Shown here: one piece after another, positions 45,610 through 55,830 of the stretch
How the letters are laid out: each line of letters starts with the position of its first letter
Position numbering within the stretch: the stretch's first letter is position 1
Assembly: GCA_963737655.1 (NCBI GenBank)
Contig: CAVTTN010000002.1
Span: 2,816,001-2,880,000, forward strand
DNA from: an uncultured Planctomycetota bacterium
Lineage (GTDB): Bacteria > Planctomycetota > Planctomycetia > Isosphaerales > Isosphaeraceae
DNA length: 64,000 nucleotides
Direction of reading: 5' to 3'
Notes under the pieces: model-generated
Told to the model about the DNA's origin: nothing
The model's database searches: none
Seen by the model: the letters and a program-made list of their open reading frames with translations, nothing else
Translations under genes and position numbers: made by a program

Positions 45610-46769
45610 CGGGACCACGCCTCATTCATCTCGGCTGCGACGATCGTCCAATCATACCGCTCCAGGACGGCCTGCCGCCCCTTCCGGGCGATCTCGGCTC
45701 GCTCCTCGGCCGAGCCGAGGACCCGCTCCACGGCGGAGGCGAAGTCCTTCGCCCCTTCGGCGATCACGATCCCCTCGCCCTCGGCCAGCTCCAGCCCTTC
45801 GGGGCCCTTGGGGGTCGTGACGACCAGCCTCTGATACGCCAGGGCCTCGAGGATCTTGCCCCGGGTCCCGCTGCCATCCAGCACGGGCACCAGCGCCACG
45901 GCATGCTCCTCGTACAGGGGCCGGAGGTCCCGGGGCGAATCCTCGAACCGGATCCCCTCCCGGGCCAACCTCGCTCGAAGCGGCTCGCCCGCCCCGGACC
46001 CGGCCACGGTGATGGAAACGCCGGGAGGAAGCCGAGGAGCCACCTCGTCCAGGAACCACAGCAGGCCCATCACGTTCGGATGATAGGACAGGTTCCCCAC
46101 GAGCAGCAACTTCGGCACGCTCGGGACGGGTGTCGGGGCGATCCCTCGGACATCCGCTCCATTCCGGGTGGTCGTCCATCGGGCCGCCGGGATCATCGCC
46201 GAATACCGCTGGCGATCCCTCTCCGAGTACGCGAAGGCGATGTCCGCGATCGTCGCGGCCCGCCTCTCGAAGTGGCGGAGGGCCTGCACCTGGATCGCCT
46301 TGAAGAACTCCCGGGCAAGCGGGACCGGGGACGACCCGATCGCGGAATACAGGTCGCTCTCCACGTTGTGAAACGTGACCGATTCCTTCGCTCCCGACCG
46401 CTGGCCCCGGACCCCCGGCAGGTAGTAGGCCATCCGAAGCTCCTCGGCGTGGATCACGTCGGGCCGCCACTCGGCCACGACTTCATCGACCCGACGGACC
46501 AGCGCCTGGCTCCTCTGGTTCTGATGGAAGGAGCGCATCGCCCCGAACGCCATTCGGACCGGCCGCGGTTGACGCCCCGGAGGGAGAAACTCCGCCGAGA
46601 CCCCCGGGACGGCCGCCGGTTCCTCGGACTCCGAGGCCAGGTCCAGGCCGAGGAGCCGCAGATCGACCCCCGACAACCGTCCGACCGCGGGCCAAAGATG
46701 GTGATTCCGCACCCGGGTCCCAGTGACCGGAGGATTGGGCCGATCACCGATGATCGCGAGGACTTTCAT
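45606..46769 (-). CDS. GT4-family glycosyltransferase
   Basis: HNVES, GNLSYHPN, GSGTRGKILEALA, YDW. Confidence 0.9.
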   Translation of the reverse strand: MKVLAIIGDRPNPPVTGTRVRNHHLWPAVGRLSGVDLRLLGLDLASESEEPAAVPGVSAEFLPPGRQPRPVRMAFGAMRSFHQNQRSQALVRRVDEVVAEWRPDVIHAEELRMAYYLPGVRGQRSGAKESVTFHNVESDLYSAIGSSPVPLAREFFKAIQVQALRHFERRAATIADIAFAYSERDRQRYSAMIPAARWTTTRNGADVRGIAPTPVPSVPKLLLVGNLSYHPNVMGLLWFLDEVAPRLPPGVSITVAGSGAGEPLRARLAREGIRFEDSPRDLRPLYEEHAVALVPVLDGSGTRGKILEALAYQRLVVTTPKGPEGLELAEGEGIVIAEGAKDFASAVERVLGSAEERAEIARKGRQAVLERYDWTIVAAEMNEAWSR

Positions 46770-47150
46770 AAGGCGAGGACGACCCAGGATCGGCGGGAGG
46801 ATGCGGCAACGCAGGGAGAGGCCGGGCGAAAGCCCCGCCTTCGGCCCCAAGAGTATAGCGACCGGAACCCGGCCCGTCGACACCCCGCCGGCACCACCTC
46901 GCCGAGGGATCCGGTCACCGAGGTTGGCGGCCCGGCAGCCAGAACCACTCGGAGTCGCGGGCCAGCCCCGCCCGACAAATGCGATGGGAGTTCAGCACTT
47001 CGATCACGACAACGGAATCAGGAAGGGCTTCCGGTAAACGCACATCAGGCAGTCTTCGCAGATTGGGAAAACGAAAAAACAACATGTTTTACTTATGATC
47101 TGAATAATAGGCGAATCCCCTACACCGGATCACCCTCGGACCGTGCGCGG

Positions 47151-47207
47151 GTAGGGCAGGCCCTGGCCTGCCGTCTTCGCGGATCGGCAGGCCAGGGCCT
47201 GCCCTAC
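47151..47207. repeat. REP doublet family C
   Basis: GTAGGGCAGGCCCTGGCCTGCC ... GGCAGGCCAGGGCCTGCCCTAC perfect inverted pair. Confidence 0.88.
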
Positions 47208-47466
47208 GAAGAATCGTCGTGCGCGGCCCCCTTCCAGGCGAAGATCCCCGGCCCGGCCAAAAGTCTTCGGCTGGCGAGGGCCGGATGTCGATCCCAGAAA
47301 CCAGGCACGCACCGTTGAATGATTTCCATCATGCATGCATTCACTCACAAAATCGTGAACGATGGCACTTTTCTCTGGACGAGCACCCGGATCGCATCGT
47401 AATCTGGGAGAAATGTTGTCGTTCCGGCGACGAGGCGTTCTCCGCGAAGGTCAGGGGAGCAGCGCG

Positions 47467-49200
47467 ATGAAGAGGACGAGTCGGACCTGGCGAGGCGGCC
47501 TGGTGGGCCTCGCGGCGATCCTGGGGCTGTCGGTCGTCGCGATGGCGGCCGGGCCCGACGGCTCCAAGACGAAGACGGCCAAGGGGAAGGACGCCTCGGC
47601 GTCCCGGTCTTCGGCCGTCGATGACATGCTCCAGGATGGCTGGAAGGCGGCCAAGGTCAAGTCGTCGCGAGCGGCCACCGACGAGGAGTTCCTCCGCCGC
47701 GCCTACCTCGACCTCCTCGGCCGGATCCCCAACGTCCAGGAGGCGACGGCCTTCCTGGAGAACAAGGACAAGGGGAAGCGGATCAAGCTCGTCGATTACC
47801 TGCTCGCCCACCCGGACTTCGCGAAGAACTTCGCCAACGAATGGCGGATCGTCCTGGTCGGACGCAAGCCCCAGGGCCGCGACGTGGATTCCGGGGCCCT
47901 GGCCTCCTGGCTCCGCAAGGAGATCGTCGCCGAACGCCCCTGGAACGAGATGGCCTACGAGCTGATCACCGCCAAGGGCAATAACAAGGAGAACGGCGCC
48001 GTCAACTACCCCATGAGCCACATGGAAGACGGCGCCATCAACCTGACCTCCTTCACCACCCGCGTCTTCCTCGGCCAGCAGATCCAGTGCACCCAGTGCC
48101 ACGACCACCCGTCGAACAACTGGAAGCAGTCGGATTTCTGGGGCATCAACGCCTTCTTCAAGGGGCTGAGGTCCGAACGGGTCATGAAGACCGACGCCGC
48201 CGGCGCCGAGGTCTACGACCACACCGAGGTCCGCGACGACCCGGTGGCCGACGCGCACTCCCGGTTCGAGAGGCGGAATGCGGTCGTCGGGGTCGCCTAT
48301 CCCACCTATCTGGACGGCACCAAGCTGGGCCTGGCGACCGCCGGCGCCGCCGAGGACGACGATCCCGGTCGCCGCCTCCTGGAAGCCAACGTACGGCTCG
48401 CCCAGGCCGGAGGGACCAAGACCAACCCCACCGCCGACGTGAACCTCCGCGAAAGCCTCGGCAAGCTCATCACCGAGAAGGACAAGAAGCAACTCGCTCG
48501 GGCCTTCGTCAACCGGACCTGGGGCCATTTCATGGGACGAGGGTTCGTCCAGCCGGTGGACGACTTCGGCGACCACAACAAGCCGAGCCATCCGGAACTC
48601 CTCGAACGCCTGGCCGACGACTTCATCGCCTCGAAATTCAACATCAAGGGCCTGATCCGCACGATCATGGCCAGCGAGGCCTACAACGTCTCCAGCGCGA
48701 CCACCAAGGAGAATGAGAAGGACGAGACCCTCTTCAGTCACATGGCGCTGAAGCCGCTCACGCCCGAGCAACTCTTCGACTCCCTGATCACGGCGACCTC
48801 CGCGCACCGGACCGCCGGCGAAGGCTCGGACAAGCTCCGCAACCAGTGGCTCGGCCAGTTCACCGTCACGTTCGCCAATGACGAAGAGGGGGAGAACTCG
48901 AACTTCCAGGGCACGATCCCCCAGGCCCTGATGATGATGAACGGCGAGCTCATGGCCAAGGCCACCGGCGGAGGCAAGGGCAGCTTCCTGGCCGACGTCG
49001 TGGAGAAGTCGCAAGCGACCCGCAACCCGCCGCGGTTCGTGGTCGATCGACTGTACCTGGCCGCCCTCAGCCGTCATCCGACGAACCCCGAACTCACCAA
49101 CGCGGCCGCCTTCCTCAACGCCAACCCGGACTCGATCCAGGTGGTCGAGGACCTGTTCTGGTCCCTGCTGAACTCCAACGAGTTCGTCCTGAATCACTGA
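47467..49200 (+). CDS. DUF1549/DUF1553 planctomycete protein
   Basis: DEEFLRRAYLDLLGRIP, QCTQCHDHP, VNRTWGHFMGRG, PSHPELL, LLNSNEFVLNH. Confidence 0.94.
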   Translation: MKRTSRTWRGGLVGLAAILGLSVVAMAAGPDGSKTKTAKGKDASASRSSAVDDMLQDGWKAAKVKSSRAATDEEFLRRAYLDLLGRIPNVQEATAFLENKDKGKRIKLVDYLLAHPDFAKNFANEWRIVLVGRKPQGRDVDSGALASWLRKEIVAERPWNEMAYELITAKGNNKENGAVNYPMSHMEDGAINLTSFTTRVFLGQQIQCTQCHDHPSNNWKQSDFWGINAFFKGLRSERVMKTDAAGAEVYDHTEVRDDPVADAHSRFERRNAVVGVAYPTYLDGTKLGLATAGAAEDDDPGRRLLEANVRLAQAGGTKTNPTADVNLRESLGKLITEKDKKQLARAFVNRTWGHFMGRGFVQPVDDFGDHNKPSHPELLERLADDFIASKFNIKGLIRTIMASEAYNVSSATTKENEKDETLFSHMALKPLTPEQLFDSLITATSAHRTAGEGSDKLRNQWLGQFTVTFANDEEGENSNFQGTIPQALMMMNGELMAKATGGGKGSFLADVVEKSQATRNPPRFVVDRLYLAALSRHPTNPELTNAAAFLNANPDSIQVVEDLFWSLLNSNEFVLNH

Positions 49201-49309
49201 CCGCGCCCGCCCCGCTCGACCGCCCCGACCGGGGCGGGCTCGTCGCCCGCCCTCGCCACCCGCCTCCCTCGTCTCACCCTCGGCCGCTTTTCTTGGGGGT
49301 TCTGGACCG

Positions 49310-50595
49310 ATGTTCGACCGCCTGATCACGCCCAGCGGAATGACCCGCCGCCACTTCCTCGGGCACATGGCGACCACGGCCATGGCCCTCCCCGCCATGC
49401 ATTTCGTCTCGGCCATGAACGCCCAGGCCGAGACCCTCCGCAAGAACAACAAGAGCCTGATCCTGCTGTGGATGGGCGGCGGGCCCAGCCACATGGACAC
49501 CTGGGACCTCAAGCCCGAGAGCGAGAAGAACGGCGGCGAATTCCGGCCGATCGAGACTCGCGCCCCGGAGTTCGGATCTCCGAGCACCTGCCGACCGTCG
49601 CCAAGCAGTTCAAGCACCTGAACATCGTCCGGTCGCTGAACTCCAAGGAAGGCAACCACGACCGCGGCACGTACATGATGCACACGGGATATTCCCCGAA
49701 CCCGACGGTCGTCCATCCGTCGTTCGGCTCGGTGATCTCCTACGAGTTGGGCGAGCATCTCGGGCCCGACTTCGCCCTGCCCCACGCCATCTCGATCAAC
49801 GGCCCCGGCGAAGGCCCCGGCTTCCTCGGGATGACCCATTCCCCCTTCATGGTCCAGAACCCCACGGCCCCGATCGCCAACCTCCTGCCCCCGGCCGGAG
49901 TGGACGACGCCCGGATGCACCGCCGCCTGACGATGCTGAGCCTCGCCGAGAACTCGTTCGGCTCCCAGAAGCGCGGTCAGGGCGCGGCCGACCACAAGGC
50001 GGTCTACGCCAAGACCGTCAAGATGATGCAGGGGCCGTACACCAAGGTCTTCAAGCTCGACGACGAGCCGGCCGAGGTCCGCGACAAGTACGGACGCAAC
50101 AACTTCGGCCAGGGCTGCCTGATGGCCCGCCGTCTGGTCGAGGCCGGCGTCTCGTTCGTCGAGGTCTCCATGGGCGGCTGGGACATGCACGCCAACATCT
50201 TCGACTCCCTCTCCAAGAACCAGCTTCCCCAGCTCGACAAGGGCATGGGCACCCTGGTGGAAGATCTCGCCCAGCGCGGACTCCTCGAAAACACGATGGT
50301 CGTCTGGATGGGCGAGTTCGGCCGGACCCCCCGGATCAACCAGAACGGCGGTCGCGACCACTGGCCGCGCTCCTGGTCGGTCGTCATGGGCGGTGGTGGC
50401 CTCAAGGGAGGCCAGCTCGTCGGGGCCACCGACAAGGACGGCGTCGAGGTCATCGACCGAGAGGTCGGCGTGATGGACATCATCGGCACCATGGCCAAGG
50501 GCATGGGAATCGACATCGCCACCGAGTACACCACCCCCCGAGGCCGGCCGATCAAGGTCGTCGACGGCGGGGCGCCGATCAAGGAACTCTTCTGA
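49310..50595 (+). CDS. DUF1501 protein with Tat signal; frameshift ~49560
   Basis: TRRHFLG, WMGGGPSHMDTWDLKP, GEFGRTP, GRDHW. Confidence 0.94.
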
Positions 50596-50604
50596 TCGAC
50601 GAGA

Positions 50605-50684
50605 CGATCGGCCGAGGACGCCGACGCCCGCGGATAAGAATCCCTTGATTCTTATCCGCGGGCGTCGGCGTCCTCGGCCGATCG
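50605..50684. terminator. Perfect 38-bp-stem hairpin between convergent genes
   Basis: CGATCGGCCGAGGACGCCGACGCCCGCGGATAAGAATC-CCTT-exact reverse complement. Confidence 0.75.
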
Positions 50685-50699
50685 CACGATCTCCCTCGA

Positions 50700-51515
50700 T
50701 TATCGCAGTCGGAGCCGGTTCCAATCCCCCTCGACGATGCGGTCGAGTCGGGTCTCGAGGATCGCCGGGGTCATCGGCGCCGGCACGACCCGGCCCGACA
50801 GGCCCATGGGCCGATTCGTGGCGAGCCAGGCCACCATCTCAGCGACGACCTCCGGGCCGACTTCCTTCCCCTCGGCGAAGGCCTCGGTGAACTGCGGGAG
50901 GAACCGTCGGCCTTCGGGGCTGTGGAGCAGGTGATTCATGACTTCGGTGGGGACGAGGCCGGGATTCACCGCGAAGATCGGCAGGCCGTCGCGCCTCCAC
51001 TCCTCGGCCCAGGTCTCGACCAATCGGACCAGCCCTGCCTGCGCCGCCGCGTAGCCCGAGGCGTGGGCGAGGTCGCCATTGTGACCCGGGCCCACGAGCA
51101 CGCAAAACGAACCAGTCGCCGACTTTCGGACGAGCGGCAAGGTCGCGCGGACGGTCGCAAACGTCCCTCGCAACGCGGTTTCCACGTCCTGCCACCACTC
51201 CGAGGGATCGACGGCGCCGACCGGCCCGATCGCCCGAAGTCGCCCGGCGGCGCCTACGACCGCATCGAGCCGACCGGCCCACTCCCCGATCCGGGCGATC
51301 GCCCGATCGAGCGATCCCGGGTCGGTCACGTCGGCCGAAAACCCTCGCGCATGTCCCCCAAGATCCCGGATCGCGGCGGCCGACGCCTCGACCTGCTCGA
51401 GCGACCTCGCCACGACGGCCACCGCGAACCCCTCGGCGGCCAGCCTCGCGGCAATCGCCCGTCCCAGGCCCCGGCCCCCTCCGGTGACCATCGCGACTCG
51501 ATCGGGCGTCGTCAT
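50700..51515 (-). CDS. Short-chain dehydrogenase/reductase
   Basis: VTGGGRGLG, DVTD, YAAAQ (Lys of YxxxK replaced by Gln), VNPGLVPT. Confidence 0.88.
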   Translation of the reverse strand: MTTPDRVAMVTGGGRGLGRAIAARLAAEGFAVAVVARSLEQVEASAAAIRDLGGHARGFSADVTDPGSLDRAIARIGEWAGRLDAVVGAAGRLRAIGPVGAVDPSEWWQDVETALRGTFATVRATLPLVRKSATGSFCVLVGPGHNGDLAHASGYAAAQAGLVRLVETWAEEWRRDGLPIFAVNPGLVPTEVMNHLLHSPEGRRFLPQFTEAFAEGKEVGPEVVAEMVAWLATNRPMGLSGRVVPAPMTPAILETRLDRIVEGDWNRLRLR

Positions 51516-51737
51516 CGTCGGCCTCCTCCGGACTTCGATGGGGCCATTATGGGCCGGACCCGGGCCATCGCCAAGCCGTGGCGAGATCGCCCGTCTCCGC
51601 CCTCGGACTGCCGGGCTGGGCGGGAACGGTGGATTCCCGGGCGTTCTCGCCGGTTTTTTCGTTGCGACCGGCCCGAGACCGGGTATTTTAGGAGACAGAA
51701 ACCCCTCTGGCCCGACCGATCCCCTGGGGGCCTTTCG

Positions 51738-54278
51738 ATGAGGATATCAACCCGTCTTCCGGCCGTCCTCCTGGCCGCCCTCGTCCTGGTTTTCCCGCTT
51801 CAGGCCGGGGCCCAGGTCGCGAAGACCGCGGCGGCCCCGACCGATCCAACCCCGGCCATCGTCTTCCTCGCCCCGCCTTCGGCCACGATCGGCCGGACCG
51901 TCGAATGGACCGTGTCCGGCCGAAACCTCGACCGAGTGGAGCGGTGGACCGTCTCGGGAACCGGCGTCGAAGTCCTCGAAGCCCCGGCCGGGTCGGGCGA
52001 TGCGGCGAAGCTCAAGGTCAAGGTCGATCCCACGGCCGAGCCCGGCTATCGCGAGGTCCGGGCCGTGGGTCCGGCCGGTCTGTCGAACCTCGCCGTCGTC
52101 CGAATCGACCGTCTGGACGGGGTCGCCGAGGTCGAGCCCAACGATTCGCCCGGCCTGGCCAACGAAATCCACGTCGGCCAGTCCGCCTGGGGCATCCTCA
52201 AGCCACAGGACCTCGATTTCTACCGATTTCGGGGCCGAGCAGGACAGAAACTGACGATTGATCTCGAATCCCAGCGGATCGGGACGCCCCTCGTGCCGGT
52301 CGTGACGATCCTGAATGCATCGGGCGTGCCTCTGGGGCGGGCCCGCGAGACCCGAGGAACCGATCATGACGCCCGGTTTGCCTTCGCCGTGCCGGCCGAC
52401 GGCGAGTATCGGGTCGAGGTCCGTGACGACCTCTACCGGGGCGGGGATTCGGCCTCGTATCGCCTCCGGGTCGAGGAGGCCCCGTTCGCCGTCGGCCTGT
52501 TCCCCCTGGGCGGCCCTCGGGGCGCGACGATCACCGTAACCACGTCGGGCGGCAGCCTTTCGGAGCCGAGATCCAAGACGATCACCCTGCCCGACACGCC
52601 GGGCGTCCTGGTCGATCCCGGCACGTTCGACGGCCCGGGCGGCCCGATCCTCGCTCCGATGACGTTGGTGGTGGGTGATGGCTTGCCCGAAGTCCTGGAG
52701 TCGTCGAACGATTCGCCGCTGGACGGCTCGGGCGTGATCGTGAACGGCCGGCTCGGCCAGCCGGGCGAGGTCGATCGTTTCCGCCTCGTCGGCAAGAAGG
52801 GGCGGGCGGTGGCCGTGAGGGTCCGGGCCTCGGACATGGGTTCATGGCTCGATTCGGTGGTCACGGTCCGCGATGCCTCCGGAGCCGTCGTGGCCGAGAA
52901 CGACGATCCGGGCGACTCTGCTCCCCAGCGGAACCCGTTTGCAGTCAACCAGGCGACGCCCCCGCCCGATAGCCGACTGGTGTTCGAACCCAAGGAAGAC
53001 GGCGAGTTGACGATCGAACTGGCGGACCGTTACGGCGACGGCGGGCCGGCGTTCGCCTATCGGATGGAGGTCGGCCCGAACCGACCGGACTTCGCGATCA
53101 GCCTCCTCTTCAGCGACCCGAACGCGGCCCGTCGAGGGGTCATGGCGGGAGTCAACACGCCTCCGAGACCTGCGGGTCCGGGATCGACGGGCGTTCTGAA
53201 CCTCCGGCCGGGCGTCAAGATCCCCATCAATTTCCTCCTGACGATCGACGGTCGCACCGGGCCGATCGAGGTTCGCGCCGAGGGGCTGCCCGACGGGGTG
53301 ACCGCGACGGTCCAGAAGGTCAATCCGCCGGTCCCCCCGGTCGGCCGGAACGGGATGCCGGGCCGTCCGCCGTCGGCCTCGGGCGGGAGCCTGGTCCTGA
53401 GCGTGGCCCCCGACGCCCAGCCGGTCTCGGGGACGCTTCGGATCGTGGCCACGACCCAGCCTCCCGACGGCGGCCGGCCCCTCTCCCGAGTGGCCTCGGC
53501 CGCCATTGCCATCGACACCCCCCTGCCCGGCAACGCCGGCTCCCGACCCGTCCTCCGGACCATCTCGAGCATCCCCATCCGGGTGATCGGCGAGGCGAAA
53601 AGCGCGCCGATCGCCTCGGCCGAGACGACGCCGGCCTCGATCCATCCCTCCCTGCAATTGAAGGAGATCCGGGTTCCTGGGGTGCTCTTCCAGGGGGCGA
53701 GGATGGACCTCGATTTGGACCTCGTGGCGTCCTCGGCCGACCGGCGCTCGCCCCTCCTGGCCCGGGTCTCCGGATCGGGCGTTTCCGCACTGCCCTTGTG
53801 GGACGAGCCGCCCTCGGCAGACGGGCCCGCCGCGAAGGTCCGGCTGTCGGCCTCGCCCAATGCCGATCCGGGCGTAAGGACCGTGACGGTAACGGTTTCC
53901 CCTCGCGGCCGTCCTCCGATCGAGTGGCAGGCGTCGGTGATCGTCCGGCCTCCGGTCTCGGTCCGGGTCCGCGACGAGTTGCTGGTACTCGCCCCCGATG
54001 CGACGTCCCGGCTGGTGGTCGCGATCACTCGGGAGCCGGGTTTCGACGGGCCGGTTCGGGTCGAGATCACGCCCCCTCCGGGAGTCCGGGTGCTGGGCCG
54101 GACCACGATCCCGACCCACGAAACGATCCTGGAAGTGGAGCTGGCGGGCCGGGTCCGGGATGGATCGGACTCGTCGGTGAGGGTCGTGGCGGTCGCGACG
54201 ATGACCGCGGGCGCAGTCCGCGCCGAATCGACGAATCGGGCGAAGATCGCCGGTCCGTCGGCCGAAAAAGACGATTGA
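51738..54278 (+). CDS. Secreted multi-PPC (pre-peptidase C-terminal) domain protein
   Basis: Signal peptide; EVEPND, DLDFYRF, VRDDLYRGG, FPLGG, AENDD. Confidence 0.85.
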   Translation: MRISTRLPAVLLAALVLVFPLQAGAQVAKTAAAPTDPTPAIVFLAPPSATIGRTVEWTVSGRNLDRVERWTVSGTGVEVLEAPAGSGDAAKLKVKVDPTAEPGYREVRAVGPAGLSNLAVVRIDRLDGVAEVEPNDSPGLANEIHVGQSAWGILKPQDLDFYRFRGRAGQKLTIDLESQRIGTPLVPVVTILNASGVPLGRARETRGTDHDARFAFAVPADGEYRVEVRDDLYRGGDSASYRLRVEEAPFAVGLFPLGGPRGATITVTTSGGSLSEPRSKTITLPDTPGVLVDPGTFDGPGGPILAPMTLVVGDGLPEVLESSNDSPLDGSGVIVNGRLGQPGEVDRFRLVGKKGRAVAVRVRASDMGSWLDSVVTVRDASGAVVAENDDPGDSAPQRNPFAVNQATPPPDSRLVFEPKEDGELTIELADRYGDGGPAFAYRMEVGPNRPDFAISLLFSDPNAARRGVMAGVNTPPRPAGPGSTGVLNLRPGVKIPINFLLTIDGRTGPIEVRAEGLPDGVTATVQKVNPPVPPVGRNGMPGRPPSASGGSLVLSVAPDAQPVSGTLRIVATTQPPDGGRPLSRVASAAIAIDTPLPGNAGSRPVLRTISSIPIRVIGEAKSAPIASAETTPASIHPSLQLKEIRVPGVLFQGARMDLDLDLVASSADRRSPLLARVSGSGVSALPLWDEPPSADGPAAKVRLSASPNADPGVRTVTVTVSPRGRPPIEWQASVIVRPPVSVRVRDELLVLAPDATSRLVVAITREPGFDGPVRVEITPPPGVRVLGRTTIPTHETILEVELAGRVRDGSDSSVRVVAVATMTAGAVRAESTNRAKIAGPSAEKDD

Positions 54279-54437
54279 CGCGCGGCCGCGAGGGTGAGGT
54301 CGTCTCGCCCGAAGGTCGCCCCCTGGCCAACGTTCCGAAACCTCAGAGTCGTCCGGTCCCCTCGGGTCGTCCCGCGTCTCGGTCCGCCCGGACCGGATCG
54401 GTCGGTCCGGGCCCCTCGCCCAGAAAGGCTCATCGCG

Positions 54438-55739
54438 ATGTTGATGCGACACCTCGGCCGCCTCCTCGCCCCGGCGGCCTGGATCGGGCTCGCGGCCCTT
54501 GCGCCCGGCCTGTCGGCCCTCGCCGATGCCCCCGCCGAAACCCGGACCGTCTCGGTCCTCCAGGCCCAGAAAGACGGCTCGCTGAAGGTCACGGTCCGCG
54601 GCCAGGGGGACGACCGGGTCAAGTTCACGATCAAGAATACGTCCAAAGCCCGGCTGAACGTGGTGATCCCGCCCGGCCTGGTCGCCTCGGCCACCCCGGG
54701 CCAGGGCGGTTTCCAGAGCATGGGCCTGGGCACGCCCACCAACCAGCCCGGCCGCTTCGGCGCCTTCCGCAACCCGGGCCAGGGGGGCGACGGCTTCCGC
54801 TCCGTCCCCCCGGCCGTCCCCGAGCCGGTGGGGATCGCCGTCTCGCCGGGCCAGACCGAGGAGTTCGTCCTCCACTCGGTCTGCCTGAATTACGGCGTGA
54901 ACACCCCGACCCCTCGCAATACGTTCACGCTGATGGATGTTGAGGAATACACGCCCGATGTCCGCATCCGCAAGGCCCTGCGGAGCCTCGCCACCCTGGG
55001 CACCAGCCACATGGTGGCCCAGGCGACGATGTGGCACGTCGCCAACGGGATGACCTGGGAGCAGCTCGCCCGCAACACGGTCAAGCCGGTCAACGCCTTC
55101 GAGCTCGCCCAGGCCGCACGGTTCGTCGAGGCGGTGGACGGCTCCAGCTCGTCGGAAATCGTGGACCCGGCTTACTTTCGGAACAACCGAATCCTCGTTC
55201 GAGTCCTCGGCGAGGGCCCGTTGACGAAGGACGCGAGGCGATTCGGCAGCGAGCTGGAGGGCGTGAAGGTGCTCGGCCTGCCGGCCCACATGGCCCAGGA
55301 CGGCACCGAGGGCTTCGAGAAGGCCGGCACGATCCTCTTGACGGTGAATCTCGTGCCGTCGAAGCCCGGCCAGGCCGCCGCGAAGGTCACCCTGCGGCAC
55401 GCATCGGCCCTGGGAGGCTGGGACAACCTCGGCTCCGCCGGCCTTCAGTCCGCCTCGGACCTCTCGAAGATGACCCCCGAGGATTTCGCGGCCGAGCTCG
55501 ATCGGGCCGTCTCCAGGGCGTTCGTGACGGTCGTCCCCGCGAGACGCTCCGCCGGGATGACCACGATGAAGATCACCAACCGCCTGCCGATGACGATCGC
55601 CACCGTGACCCTCAAGGCCGGCAAGGCCGAGGACACCGTCCGGACCGAGGCCCTCGGGATCGGCCCCATGAGGCACGCCTTCGTCCCGATCCCGGCCGCC
55701 ACCGCGACCATCGATCGGGTCGATCTCAACGGCCTTTGA
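54438..55739 (+). CDS. Secreted hypothetical protein
   Basis: Signal peptide; QGGFQSMGLG, SVCLNYG..TP, AQATMWHV. Confidence 0.8.
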   Translation: MLMRHLGRLLAPAAWIGLAALAPGLSALADAPAETRTVSVLQAQKDGSLKVTVRGQGDDRVKFTIKNTSKARLNVVIPPGLVASATPGQGGFQSMGLGTPTNQPGRFGAFRNPGQGGDGFRSVPPAVPEPVGIAVSPGQTEEFVLHSVCLNYGVNTPTPRNTFTLMDVEEYTPDVRIRKALRSLATLGTSHMVAQATMWHVANGMTWEQLARNTVKPVNAFELAQAARFVEAVDGSSSSEIVDPAYFRNNRILVRVLGEGPLTKDARRFGSELEGVKVLGLPAHMAQDGTEGFEKAGTILLTVNLVPSKPGQAAAKVTLRHASALGGWDNLGSAGLQSASDLSKMTPEDFAAELDRAVSRAFVTVVPARRSAGMTTMKITNRLPMTIATVTLKAGKAEDTVRTEALGIGPMRHAFVPIPAATATIDRVDLNGL

Positions 55740-55762
55740 TCGATTCGGCCCCGCAGACATCG

Positions 55763-55814
55763 ACGCCCGAGGCTCCCGGAAGCCGCAAACCGGGAGGCTC
55801 GGGCGTTCTTGTTT
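55763..55814 (+). terminator. Intrinsic terminator
   Basis: ACGCCCGAGgCTCCCGG...CCGGGAGgCTCGGGCGT followed by TCTTGTTT; sits between convergent genes. Confidence 0.6.
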
Positions 55815-55830
55815 GGCCCGGCGGAACGCG

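Noticed and set aside
47341..50724. 1127-aa minus-strand ORF and similar long antisense ORFs (29355-31568, 52842-55760, 22752-24671)
   Set aside because: Shadow ORFs typical of high-GC coding DNA, opposite well-supported genes. Only the last ~83 codons of 29355-31568 (the antitoxin) are credible.
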